NCBI GenBank assembly: GCA_000934665.2
Contig: KZ538112.1
Span: forward strand, 1-64,000
Length of the DNA: 64,000 bases
Source: Catajapyx aquilonaris
Lineage: Eukaryota
Direction of reading: 5' to 3'
The first letter of the stretch is position 1; each line of letters starts with the position of its first letter. Under the pieces are notes generated by a model. It was given only the letters and a program-made list of their open reading frames with translations. It was not told where the DNA came from and did not search any database. A program made the translations under genes and the position numbers. This document shows, piece after piece, positions 21,513-34,714 of the stretch.

Positions 21513-23597
21513 AGGACCGCAGTCTTTGTTTGTCCGACATGATAGTATCGCTAGATCTCACACGGTGGCAGGAGTGTGCAGAGTAAGTATGCGCCATCTA
21601 TGCGTGAATAGTAACACTATGTGGTAAATCGACAGTTTTTGGCAACGGGTTCACTCTCGGGTTATGTGCAGCGCATAATAAATATTAGATGACATTCCCA
21701 AACGCGTACTCCGGAATACCAAACACAAATTCTTGCCAGGGGACTAAGTGCTTGTTTTCCTGAACAAGAGGAGAGCAAGACCCGAGGAGCGTCTCTTTCT
21801 CCGTAGTTTCCGCAACTTTCCACCTCCCGCTTTATGAAGGCTGCGATATAAACAGGCGCTCAACTCCATCCGACCGCAGCTACTCGCAAACTCCAGCCCC
21901 ATGGTTGCCAACCCTTAGCCCCAACAGCCAGTCTCACCGATGCCACAGGGAACCTAAGGGAAACTGGTTCCTTTTTTCGTGGATTTCCATGCCCGTATTT
22001 TTTTTTTTTGGGGGGGGGGGTTCTACAAATTAGGTTCCGGACGCTGAATTTCTAATGGAGGATTTCCTGATCAATAATAGGGAGGAGGGTGGGGGGATAT
22101 TGTTGTTGATTATTAATTTGAGATCGATTGCGCAATGTGAGTGGGATTGCGCGGATGTGACTCGTTGATCCGTGTTGCATAATGTGAGAGGGCATATGCT
22201 AATATTATGTAATCTGGACTAATTGCGGTTAATTTTTAAAATATAGTATAGGACAAGAAATTATTCGTGAAATGTAAAATTTTTGCGAAGTTATTATGAA
22301 ATATGTTAGAAAAACATGTTAGGACGCTACATATGCCACTACAACTGCTCTTCAATTAATTCCTACGACTATTACCTAGAAATTGCCTTTCCGTTTCTGG
22401 GCATTATAGTGGCTATGCAATAGAATTACAGGACTGTAATGTAGGACGTCTATTGCAAACGAGCGAGCATCAATAGTAGCAGCCCTCTTCATGTAACCAT
22501 TGTAACGAAATAGTTAGTAGTGTAGCTGATGATAATGACTCTAGCTCAATCAGAACTATAGATGCTTAGCCGCTGGTTTCCGAATGGCGCCATCCACTGA
22601 CAAAACAGCGAGTCTATTTGGTCCATTTAGTTGGATTTGCTGCAAACAAAACTTTTCATTGGATAAGAGTCCGTCACATTTAGCATGCAATCAACATGCA
22701 ATTATTATTACACATAACACTACCAAAGTTGAATTCCATTAAATCTCTCCAAATGGGTTGCATCATGCAAGGATGACAAAGTGACCCAAGTTTCTTGTTA
22801 TTGGGAATAACAACAGCCGATGAATTCCGGACAAAATAGGAAATGAATTTTTCAACACTAGTTGGCCCAAACTGAATACATAACTGGTCGCAACTATAGA
22901 ACGGAAAACCATTGGTAATATTGAATTTTCTCTCAATTCAATCCCATTTGCCCGCGCATGTTTCAAGTTAATAGCAATTATTCCGCATTAAAAAATTCTT
23001 CACCCGAGACACTTTACAACCTGCAGGTATCCACCATCCCCCACAAATTTCGGTTATGCTAAAACCTGTCCTCCCCCAATACCACCGCCTAATTACAACC
23101 TATGAATATTAATCCCTTAATTATGCAAAAAAGATCCCGGTCGCACTTGGGTTGTTGTAGGCTCAAAATTTTCGCAAACTCGTCAAAATTGACAACACTG
23201 TCGGCTTGTGGGAGGGTTTGGGAGGATGCCTCCCTCTTCCACCTCCCCCATGGTCTCCTCCACCCCCCACCTCCCCTCTTCATCCAGTTGGCGCGCAGAG
23301 TTGGAGCTGTTCGGAAGCTGCGTCGGTTTTATCCTAACCAGCACATTGGTCCGGGTAAGTGCTAACTAACCTCGGGGCATAGGGTCGGACCGGCAGGTCA
23401 AATAGGTGACCCCTTTGCTTAGTCGTTGGGAGTCTGCGATCGATTTGTAGACTAGAAGAGAGGGATTTAGAAAAGGGTTAAATGCATCGTGTTGTGGTAC
23501 AGGGGGGCTGATTTTGGAAGGGTCATCTCCACACATGAGATGTCACATGGTGTCAGAGGTGGTACATTCCGATTAAAAATTGGCATATGTAGATGTA

Positions 23598-23652
23598 TAT
23601 ATACGCCAAATTGTTTCATACCCCGGGGGTATGAAACAATTTGGCGTATATA
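23598..23652. repeat. Perfect hairpin, 27-bp arms
   Basis: TATATACGCCAAATTGTTTCATACCCC-G-GGGGTATGAAACAATTTGGCGTATATA. Confidence 0.9.
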
Positions 23653-26600
23653 GTACTAGTGTGTGTAATGTTTGGAGAGTATTGCGCCTGCAACTATGCC
23701 GTCCGGCAAAACGGCGGAAATGTGTGGGTTGCAGATGAATTAGGATAAAAGCTATGTTGCATTACCTAGGTAGTACACTTGCAGCCAATGGCGTTTTCTG
23801 GGATTGAAAATATGCAAGATGCTCCAGTGGGAACTTTTTTTTTGTACAGAGGCAAGGAGAATGCATATTTTTACATGAATAGAATCCAGGTCGTTGCACA
23901 ACCTGCTGTAAGTTATGTAAGTAAACTTCTCATGGGAAACCCAAATAATGGTGTGGGTTGTGATTATATTTTACCTTCATTATTATTTGCGAATTCATTC
24001 GAGCACAGAGAGAGCCACGATGTCAGAGTGGTTCGTGTCGGTGTAATGCTAAGAAACAGTACAGTTAAATACAGTGATAAGCAGTTTTAGTTCATATATT
24101 CATTCAGCTGCTACTGTATAGTGCTTTTGATGTATCACATTCACTTGAAAAATAATTTTGTTAGGAATATGTTGCTTGGGAGTAAAATATTTCAACTTGT
24201 TAAGTGCTTCCTGTGTTCAATGATAAATAAATCACGACGGCTGAGTGACATTCTCAATTAGGTGTGCTACAGTACACGTGGAGTCTTGTGAGTACGACCA
24301 CATGTGAGCATAGGCCATTGTAATTGGGTGAAAGGAAGCCTTTCCGATTCATGTATAATGAAATAAGTACTCTAACACTGTTCATGTATAGTCAGAAAAT
24401 AGTAGTGACGTCTCATCAGGAAAAAATTAATTTTAAGAGTGGAATTAACAGTGAGAAGGGCATGTGGTATGGTGCACCTTTAACATCATCATTGCATGCA
24501 CTGCGAAGTAAATATTTCAGGGAATATCCGGAACAGAGAACCTAAGGCAACCAGAGACAGGGAATCTTAATTCAGCTGGTAGAGTAGGTTACTGCTTACT
24601 GTACACTAATCTTATAATGGGAGGGATACACTAATGGGACGTGAACTGGGTAAACATGCGACCTATTGCTATAATACTTAGTATTATGATGCAGATGTGT
24701 TTCACATTTCGGAAGTTATTAAGTTACATTCTATATGAGCTGGTCTTTTCCTTGACGTTCTGGTCATATATAATTATTACAACTTAAGAGGTACAATATA
24801 TCAGCAGAAAAGATCCCACTTGTTACATAGGTCAATTTTACTGGTTGTAGCCTATTAGTTCAAAAATTGCAAGATAATTCAGGTCGATATGTTATACTGT
24901 ACAGCCAATTACTGCGGCATAACGAGGCATAAGTACTAGCATACAATGATCCCCTGGTGTCCAGAAACACCCTAGAAGTTAGCCAAAATGAGTGTGAAAC
25001 AGCCTGTAAAGGGCCACTTCTATAAATCTGCATCATTGTAGCAACTGTGGTGGTAATTAGCATTTTTTTTTACCACTTTAGCAATATGCTATCAGGAGCT
25101 CACACTGTATATAGCCTTGGGAAATGAGCCGTGCCTGGTTTTGAAAAGTTGCAGGGGCCGCAAGTAGAATTAAGAGTTAATTAGTTTTGAACTACGTATG
25201 TAGGATGTAACTCATCTGCTCATATTCAACCTTAATATGATCTAGCCAAATATGACTTTTTGCAGGAGTGACTTGTAGTTGAGAAGTGATTTCAGTGTTA
25301 TTTGTTGTTACCGTTTTAACCCATTACAAAGGAGGTTTTAATAAGTTACTAGCATGGTAATGGCCAAATCACCTCTGCGCTCTTGGTCTAGGCAAGTCAC
25401 ATAGTAGTCTACACAGTCTTACCAAAGAAACGAGAAACTCATGCAAAAAGGTTAATCGCAATTATTTAATATGCAAGAGTAGATTCTATATTCGGAATAA
25501 TCACCTTACTACAGTATATTTCACTAACAACAGTTTTTTATATTAAAAACACTCCCATACGTGGCTATACTCTAATTATTTTGTGCTTATGCATTTTTCA
25601 GCAGACGGAAGCAATATTCTAATGTACACAGTAGTTTTAATCATATTGCCAGTATACAATGCATTTCAGCATGCATTTTCTCCCAGCCAGATCAGAAGTA
25701 GCCGCATAGCCTATACAGCGGATAATAAACAGGTAGTGTTACTCTACAGGGCAGCAGTTCCTGGCAGGCTCCATTATATGACTGACTGACTGTAACCGCA
25801 ACACACACAAGGGTTTCCGCCATAAGACTTAGCCCGGTTTGATGTAACAGGCCTCCAGCTAATGTGGTGTGTAATTGATTGTTAGCAAGTTGTTCCAAGT
25901 GACCCTGTGATCTCTTGCGCTCTTTGTCCGTCAAGTAACTCATTAAACTGAGGTGTTGCATTACCGCATGGTTTCAGTAGACTAACTAATTATCCATTAG
26001 CGCGTGTACACGCTGAGGTAGAAAGTAGCATATGTGCATACAGTACAGTAATAATGCATTGTACACATATCCGTTTCACAGCACCACTTGAATTATACGG
26101 CAAGAAGAAGAAAAAAAGCGTCATCAGCCATTGAAACACGCAATTTATCACTGGCTGGGAGTGTGAAGGACAGGCTGCGGTCCTTGACTGTAAAGGATAA
26201 CGTATGAGATTTTCAAAGCCAAGTCGTTGGGAGCTCTCGAACTATTTATTATTTTTAGAGTGGATATTTAAATTGAATATTAGATTCGCAGAACACTCAT
26301 AATCACACTAGAATAATGTCACGACATATTTTTACGCCCGAAGACTCAGTTTATTACTTATACAGAATTTTATTTTAAATGATTTTGTAGCAGACAAGTG
26401 TTTTTGATAATTGGCAAGGACTGGGTTTTGTTATTCTACAGGTGTAATGTATTAGGCCTACTGCTGAATAGAGGCCTTGCAACTCCTATAAATCCGTCCA
26501 GATTTTGCTTCCATAATAATAGATCTCTTCCTTCTTCCGATACCCAAAAGCGGATGTTATTTTGATCAGGAGTGGAAGAGGGAAGTATTAAAATCTTTCC

Positions 26601-29600
26601 CAGTCAATTTTGGCCACAAGAGGATCTATACTCACTTCCTGTTTCCATCTTAATTGCAGTATGTTACATTAAGAGGAGCGCTTTCAAAAAGTTGTTTGTC
26701 AACCGAATCATACATAAGCATATCTAATGCTATATGGACATGCGGCTTGTGAATCAGCTCTCTCATTTGACTAAGGACATATTGTTGCTTAAAACAATAC
26801 ATGATTATGATAAAACCTTAAGTACTGTCCGGCTTTCTACATAATGCTGCTGCTTTTGTATATGGCTAGGTCGTGAAGCTTTATTACACGTATTCTCAGC
26901 AGCTTCAAACATAGCTCTGCATACAGACATGCATTCAAGCCAGATTGTCTCGCATAATTCCCTGTCTTGTGTACTGTACAGTATTATGCAAGGAGCCTAT
27001 AGTCTCCAAGTCTAAGGGTAGAGTTTATAAATAAAATCCTGTTGAGATAATCTGCATCTGCGCCACTAGAGTTGCACATCGTCATCCTATACAATACCTA
27101 TGAGTTAATAACTACACAAAGACTGTCGAATGACAAGGTAAACATGATATTATACGTTGTATTGGTACGCATGATTTGTTTGCTTGTACGTTATTGGCAT
27201 ACTAAAGTGATTAAGTTATAAATAGGGCAGGCTTCGGTTCCCTTTGGCAATTTGATCGACAGATCCACATTACATAATGCAGCCCTTTTTAGTGGCGTCA
27301 TAGATATGGATCGGAATACTGTGTATAGGCAGCATTATTGTTTGATTAATTGATTGATTTATATAGCTTAATCCGGGGGTGTATTTGAAAGCGAGTTAAC
27401 CTTTGTTTGCCCTTTACAATGTGTTGCCTTTACAATATTGGGGAGATCGATGTGACATTCAGTGACAAATTGGCTGAAAAAAACAGATACTTAGACATTT
27501 TTTTCACACTCTAACTCAAATTTGAGTTTAAAATATAGCTGCCATTTGTTCAGAATTTTTCTTCCTCAGTTTGCGTGTTGCAATGCGGTATGTCTCTCTC
27601 ACAAAAGAGGGTGTGGAGAGAAGAGGTCACCGCGGTGTAAGAAAAACTCCTGTAGTTTGAGACATTGAGTGCAGGTAATGAGTACAAAATGAGGCCATGC
27701 AAGCTGCGACTTTTGCCATGGGTGCAGGGTCGAAATGGGAGTCCTTTGGTCCGCAGCCGACGTCATTTTCCAGTCGGTTGCTCGTTTTCCCAACTCTCCT
27801 CCCACTCCGCGCCTCTGCACCATTAGCTCTTCTCCCAAATTGCACCTACCTCCCTTGCCTTTACCCCCCCACCTCAACTCTCTATCCCACCTTTCCAGGC
27901 CCCCTACCTCTGCCAATTTCATTCCGGCATGGATATATTATTATGCGTCCGGGCTACACAGCGTATGAGGGGGGACAAAGTGCATGGGGATGTATAGCAA
28001 CGGGGGAAAAGGGTAATCATGTTCCGAGTGGTCTAATTGCATAGTATGAGTCCTGGGACTTGATATTTAGTATCAGGAATATTTGGGCCATTTTGGACAC
28101 ATTTGGCATTACCAACGTGCATGTAGTACTTCTTTCCGATGAGAGCGGCGGTAGTGTAGCTTGTGCGCCATCTAGCGAGGCGAGCAGTGTTGCCAAGTTT
28201 TTTCAACAGCCGCAGTGGCTTTTCATGTTGCAAAAATACGCAGAGCCTTACAGTTGAGAAGGCCACAGGATTGATCCTACATAGCTAGACAGGGCTGAAA
28301 GCCATAGAAGGATTCTTTCCATCTCATAAAAGGCCTGTAAGCCACCGGATCTATGATATACCGTATATAGAGCGGATCCTAAAATAAATCCAGGAAGATA
28401 TCACGGGTCGGGTCGTTGGAGGCGGTGTATTCATAGGATCCATAAGATGAGGCTGCTTTTTATAGCCACTGGCCACCTGAGAAGTTTTTTTCGGAAAATG
28501 TATACAAAAAAAAGTATATTAGCTGCAAATTCAGCTATATTCAATAATAATATTGAGTGTCTTATATTGAATTTTGAACACTTGGTGTGCTCTTCATATC
28601 ATTGTTTTTTTTCCACCATTATTTTGGAGCCGACCTGGGCAGTTCATTGGCAAGTGAGTGTTTGCTACTCGAATAATGAATGGCTTTGGGTTGGTTCAGG
28701 GATGGTAAAATATTTCACTGAGCTGCTGGGAAAGGGGAAAGTGTGGGAAGCATGTGAACGAACACCCTAGTTTCCCTGGCATGAAATACGTACACGTTGC
28801 AGCACCAACGAGCAATGCTTGTAACACAGTTTGGGCAGATTCAACTCCAACCAAATTTTACAGGAAATTGAACCCTTGATTAAATCAGGATGGAAATAGA
28901 CTGGGGCTTTTTCCGGGCAAAATGTAGTTCATTGTCAACAAATATAATTATACTGTAATACACACGCTGATGAATATTCACAACGTATATGTTTACACGC
29001 TCTCGCAGATTCTGTAGTTATGAAGGATTAATATGATGGGATTAAAATAATAAATTAAAATATACATGTATAGGGACAGGTTGCAATGTTTGGCATATTA
29101 ATTAATTCACAAGGACTGTAGGCCATATTTGCATACAGGCACGTGGCAGTTTGATCGTTACTTGTTATTCTTGTTAATTAGCGGTGTACAGTAAGCTGAT
29201 TCACTTAGTGTCATAAACTTTTAACGAACTGCTTGTGACTGCGACCTAAGCAGCTTAAAACCGACGCAACCAATATTAACCGGGCTGCGGCTGTTGCAGG
29301 TAAAAAGTCTACTGGGTGATTTTAAGCTCGATGGATATAGTTACGTCTAGCTCTGGTTCACACCAGACAATAGCAGCAGCGGCTGGTGAGGAAAATGGGC
29401 CACCTTCGTGATTGCTAGGATCACAACCCCTTTTGTCCCGGCTCACAATCGTTCAAAATTGGAAGTGGTCGCCGGTCATTTTGTCCCCCCAGAGTAGGTG
29501 ATAGGAAGCGTTAAACTGTGCACCGCTGGATAGCCCATCAGGAGAAAAAATGCGAAAAGAATGTAGCTCAATGTAAGCGAAAATTCGGTCCATTTTATAT

Positions 29601-29637
29601 TATTTTGAGTGGTTTTTTTTACTTGCACCTGTTTTTT

Positions 29638-29752
29638 AAAAACCTTCCCCGTTAAAAACTACCCCTAATGATCCCCCTGGGGCATATGTCGAGGCCTCCG
29701 TAATGATTTGCATCGGGAACGTACAGACATACGTTGTGAAATATGTATAAGA
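29638..29752 (-). mobile_element. 5' end of a non-autonomous Helitron
   Basis: Minus strand begins A|TCTTATACATATTTCACAACGTATGTCTGT (Helitron 5' TC after A); ~95 bp near-identical to 45075-45170. Confidence 0.65.
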
Positions 29753-30245
29753 TTGCGATTTTTAAGTCACTGATTACGCTGCTTACACTATGATTACACA
29801 CCAAATTGACCAGATTTGCACTCATGTACACTATATCCGCAGAATTCTGTCTCGCCAGGAACACTTTCCGAAAAACCAACCCCAAGCCCTTACTAAGTTT
29901 GCATTTTGAGTCCCCCCCTGCTTGAAGTTTCGCATCGTTGGTGCTTGGTATGGATGATCCTCAACCTCTAGGGATACCATCCTCCTCCTCCCCCCAGTCA
30001 GCTAATCCCGTGTGACGTCATCTGAGAATCGAGGCGGAATCCGAGGCGTCGAGACGTCGCCGCCACTTTCCCGCCTGGAATGGCATTTCCACGCACATTT
30101 CCGGAATCAAGGAGGCAAAAGAGCGACTCTCGCAGAGTCTCCCAGGAGTTAATTCCGAGGAGCAGGATTGGAGCAATTTGTTCGGATGAGGCTGGTGAAT
30201 CCCTCAGGATTTTTTTTTTCCACCTCTCCCTACCACTCCCTACAC

Positions 30246-30296
30246 NNNNNNNNNNNNNNNNNNNNNNNNNNNNNNNNNNNNNNNNNNNNNNNNNNN
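30246..30296. other. Assembly gap (51 N) abutting a G-run
   Basis: Direct reading. Confidence 0.99.
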
Positions 30297-31758
30297 GGGG
30301 GGGGGGGGACAAATCACTCCATTTCCACAAATCAATTTGACCCTTCCGAGTTAATCCCAGATTAAATCGTAATCAACGGACTGGGTCATACATTTACACT
30401 GGATTCGATTCGATGGAGTTGGACTGGGTGTGTAATCGAGTTTGGAGTATAAATTCAGGTGAAGTTTTGCGTGTGCGGCATACCGTTGGGTACGGATGTA
30501 TCATATTGCAAAATGCTTGGGGGCACGTTCAGGGATGGGAATCTGGAGGGATCATGTAGGATTCTGCCTTGACACACTTAATAATGCGATGTGGGAGAGG
30601 AGGATGGAATCAAAATGGGGGCATTAATTATTTTTTTTGGGGGGGGGGAGGATATATGTTTTTTTCTGGGGCTTGATATTGATTATAAATTAGTGTGTTT
30701 AGGAGGTTTTAAATATTTAAAGCGATGGAAGAATATCTGCCCTATTTGTATTTGAAATGAATTTGACGTAAAATTTCAGGGCAATGACATATAAGAAAAT
30801 ATTTGAAATCATAACCTCATTTATTCCACTGGTAATTTTCGGTCGGTCTTGGTATGACATGGTTGCTCCAATGGATGACAAAATTATAAAGGTTCTAGCA
30901 ATTTCATAATAATTCCGTCCACGTAATAACAAGACATGCGGTGTATTGCAACCTTTGGAAACTTTCTCTGCTTTTGCTGAAAGTTTGGCAGTTGTCCCTT
31001 TTGAAACTCAGTTTCATTATATCTGTAATCGCCTTTTACCCGTGGGGTAAGGGAGGTTCAGTATTGAAGAACGTATCAACAGAGGGCAAACCAGTACAGG
31101 ACCAATTTTAAGCAGTAGCCTGGAGCGACAGTGACATGTATTATATTGCACATTGCAGCTTATAAGGACTTTTCCATGTAGAGACACAATATCTAACAGT
31201 GGAAAAAAAATTCTATGTGAAAGGACGCAGTTCCTTTCAATGGACGTTCCGTGTATGGCATCCAACAGGGATTAATTACAAGAAAATGAAAGGACTTTTA
31301 GCTTTAAAAAGCAAAGTAGGGTATGCCATGATGGCGAGGGCAAATTATAAAAGCAGAGAAAATGTAAGCGAGCTGTGCTTGCAGGTAAGGCATGTCGGAT
31401 AAAGCCAGCCTAAATTGAAAAATACTTGTAGGTGTATTGGGCATACTTTGTTTACATTGTCAAATGTTATTAATATCTAGATAGCTAAATTTTTTGTAAC
31501 GTAATCAAGAGAGTTATCATGTATGATGTACTCTATAATATTGGACTGTACAGAGTTCAGTAACTTATAACCGTACATTTCATGCCCAGCGAATATAAGC
31601 CATATGTTGATCTGATTCTGTCAATATCAGTGCATAATTAGTAGGTAGTTGTGGATTACATATTACTGTAATCTGAATTAGTCAAGAGAGCGGAATGAAG
31701 TAATGATTACTTTTTTCCTGGCCTGTTCAAACTATACACACCCAGGGGTGTACTGCAC

Positions 31759-31805
31759 GTATACTCTGCCACAACTAATGCATTAGTAGTTGTGGCAGAG
31801 TATAC
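31759..31805. repeat. Short hairpin
   Basis: GTATACTCTGCCACAACTA...TAGTTGTGGCAGAGTATAC. Confidence 0.85.
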
Positions 31806-34639
31806 AGTAAACCTATTGTTCATATAAACTGAGGACTGTAGGCCTACATCTATTCACCATAAATTATCAAACGCGCATTGTTGGGGATAAAATGTACCAT
31901 CCATCTCAATGTCACCACATATCGGTATGCTGTGGATCTTATTTCTACGTAGAGTAACGCTGCAGTGTGCAATATATTATTCTCAAGGAGATTTACTGTA
32001 TGCTCGCCATTTCCACAAGGCCATTGGGTAAGATGGCTGACAGAGAAATGGATCAACCGAGAAAGGATACATTGGAATGGAGAGGCTCAGATGCAGGCTG
32101 CACAATGCGTACAGTACTGTACGGCAGTACAGAAAAAATGGCCTTGAATAGCATAGCAAAAAACGACTTTAACAAAAGAGGATCTATACGTAGAATAACC
32201 TATTGTGCTGCGGTAATGTGACAAATTTTTACGTTAATGGCTGCTTTCTAATTAATTTTTGGCCATACTCCAGCTATTGGACACCGCAGGACAATACGAG
32301 CAGACTATAGTTTCAGGAAATGAATAAGATGTGGGTCCATGCGGCCATCCTAACTTTGGCACAGTTGTAAATCCTGCCAAAATCCCTGAGGTAAGGTGAG
32401 TCTGAGTCTTGTCCTGCTAACTTGGATGGCTCCGGAGAACCTTGTTGGCAACGGATCAGGAAGCTTACTCCGCGGTATAGTTTGCTTACACATAGACGCT
32501 TTCCATTGGTTTCTTGTTCCCTGGGCTGCCTCTAGGAAAAGGCGGGGCTGGAGAGACATCTTGGAAGTTTCCTTCACGCTTCCTTGCATCCTAACATGAC
32601 TTCTGCTACACCCATCAGGTTTGATTCGCTTCCACATTTTGTGCCAAAGTAGTTGTAACTCGTGGGTTGGAGCGACACAAATGGTTTCAACACAATAGCG
32701 AAGTAACTGTCAATTTCTGTGGGAAAGTCCACCACCTATTTATGGAGTCCCTCACTCCGGGGGTCAAGTTGGGGTAGATACTGTTTCACCTTCCCAACCA
32801 GTCATGCACTGCTGGATCCAAACCGATTAGTCTGCCCACATCCAAAGCTCCCAGCTCTGCATCGACATCACCCAAAAAACACACGGTGACACTTTGCCTG
32901 CCTCCAAATATTTTCCGCACCTGATATGTGGTCTGGCATGTAGCACCAGCCATTTCCAGAAACCCCTATACATAAATTTTGCAAAGCACTGCAGCTTGGA
33001 GATAAAACCATGCCAGAGATATACCCAAACGGGGTTCGATCCCAAGAGTCGTTCCTTGACTCTCTGATCTTTTTTTTTTTTTTTTTGGCTTTGACTCGAG
33101 TCTAGTCCCTAGTGATACTCCTAAAGTCCGTCCAGGTTGATTGCATAAAAGCCATGGTTGAGAGAGTCCTAGATGACTGCAAAACTCACGTAAGTAATGT
33201 GTCCCCTAAGGGGAACCTCCCCTATGATACACGGTTTCCCCTGCTAATGGCCCTAGGGCGTGGAACTCTTGTCTCTTTCGTGTATCTCACGTTTACTGTT
33301 CTGCGCCCCCTCTGATTTCCCATAGTGTGAATCGGACAATAAAGATTACACCACGAGCATTATGACGTGATGGGATAATTCAGCACCAACATTATACCCG
33401 TTTCGTGTCCAAAATGTATTCCGAATTCTTCATCCGTAAAATGTTTATAGCTGCATATTCACGGACTGTACAGGGTGGAGCAAAATTACTCATGGCAACA
33501 AACTGTTTCAGATTTGCTTCTTCTGCACCGAACAACGTCAACAATGGAGGGGGTTTATGGCCCCCTCCTGTTTGGACTTCTGGCCGCATTTTTGGTGACC
33601 CCTGCCGTATCTCAGGACAAGCTCTGCTCCGGGTGAGTATATTGTACATTCCTGCATGATGAGCATAACTCTAGGAATTCGCGCAAGTCTGCATGATTTT
33701 AAAACCCTTTTTTTCGTAATGACGTCAATCCGCATGATAAACCGACTCTCAGTTGCAAATCCGTTCTGAGAGATTTCGGATTCAGTTGGCAACCGCATAT
33801 TCTGTGGAATGTAAGCCTGTCCCTTGAGCAGTGCAGTAGTGGGTACAAAAAAAATCCAGGCACGTAGCTAGGTCGTCCATAAATGATGGCTTGAGGCTGT
33901 CTTGCTTCGGACATGACGAGTCAGGTCTCTTTATAGGAGGGCCTGTACACACCCACTTTTTGGACACACCAGAGTAACATTTTTTTTACGTTGACTTTCG
34001 ACCTGGAATGCTGAACCCAACTAACGCAATTAAGATAGGGGCTATAAAATTCCCGGGAGTCTAAAGTTCGGTTGTTACTGTAAGTTATTGGTTCAATGAG
34101 GGATTGTTTACGTGCGCCCAGGAATTTTTAATGAAACACACTGTACTGTGCATACACGCGGTTATTCTTTGTAGGCGACACAAAGTTGATTAAGCTTCAA
34201 GGGGGGGGGGGGAATCGGTCCATATTTCAGGGGTGCCAATTACGGCAGGTTGGTATCGTAAAATTTGTTGAAGTTAACGCGACGGATGACATAATTTGCT
34301 CTGTAATATTTTAGGCATACGAGCCTCCAACACCTTGAGCATACAAAATCAAATGTCGAAGCAAGCGTTAACATCAGTTACGACGCCAGAATATTGAAGT
34401 TTGCTGAATAATAGGTTTGCACTAGCGCAAATAGAGGGGTTTGCCAACTCTGCCCACAAACCCTGTAGTTCTATGGTTTTGTGTGCTTGCTTTTCATGAA
34501 TTTCTCATAGTGGGCGAGCTGAATGTTCTTGCTGAAGTCACTGCTTTATTTAGGATGGCATTTTGGCAAATCGCTATGCCCCTCACTAGAGGGCAGTGGA
34601 CATGTAGGGAGATAGGACTGTATCCGCAAGGAAGGAAGA

Positions 34640-34714
34640 TTAGGTTTGGTTAGGTTAGGTTAGTTTAGGTTAGGTTAGGTTAGGTTAGGTTAGTTTAGGT
34701 TAGTTTAGGTTAGG
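34640..34714 (+). repeat. Interstitial (TTAGG)n tract, ~15 units with TTAGT/TTTGG variants
   Basis: Direct reading; TTAGG is the common arthropod telomeric pentamer. Confidence 0.9.

Noticed and set aside
25602..25731. Possible signal-peptide exon for the TEP-like gene (MYTVVLIILPVYNAF...)
   Set aside because: Splice phases do not match the neighbouring candidate exons and the hydrophobic stretch is weak.
33069..33320. Poly-T tract followed by possible retroposon 3' end (minus strand)
   Set aside because: No TSD, second copy or coding similarity found to support it.
34640..34714. True chromosome end
   Set aside because: Only 75 bp, degenerate, with ordinary sequence on both sides.
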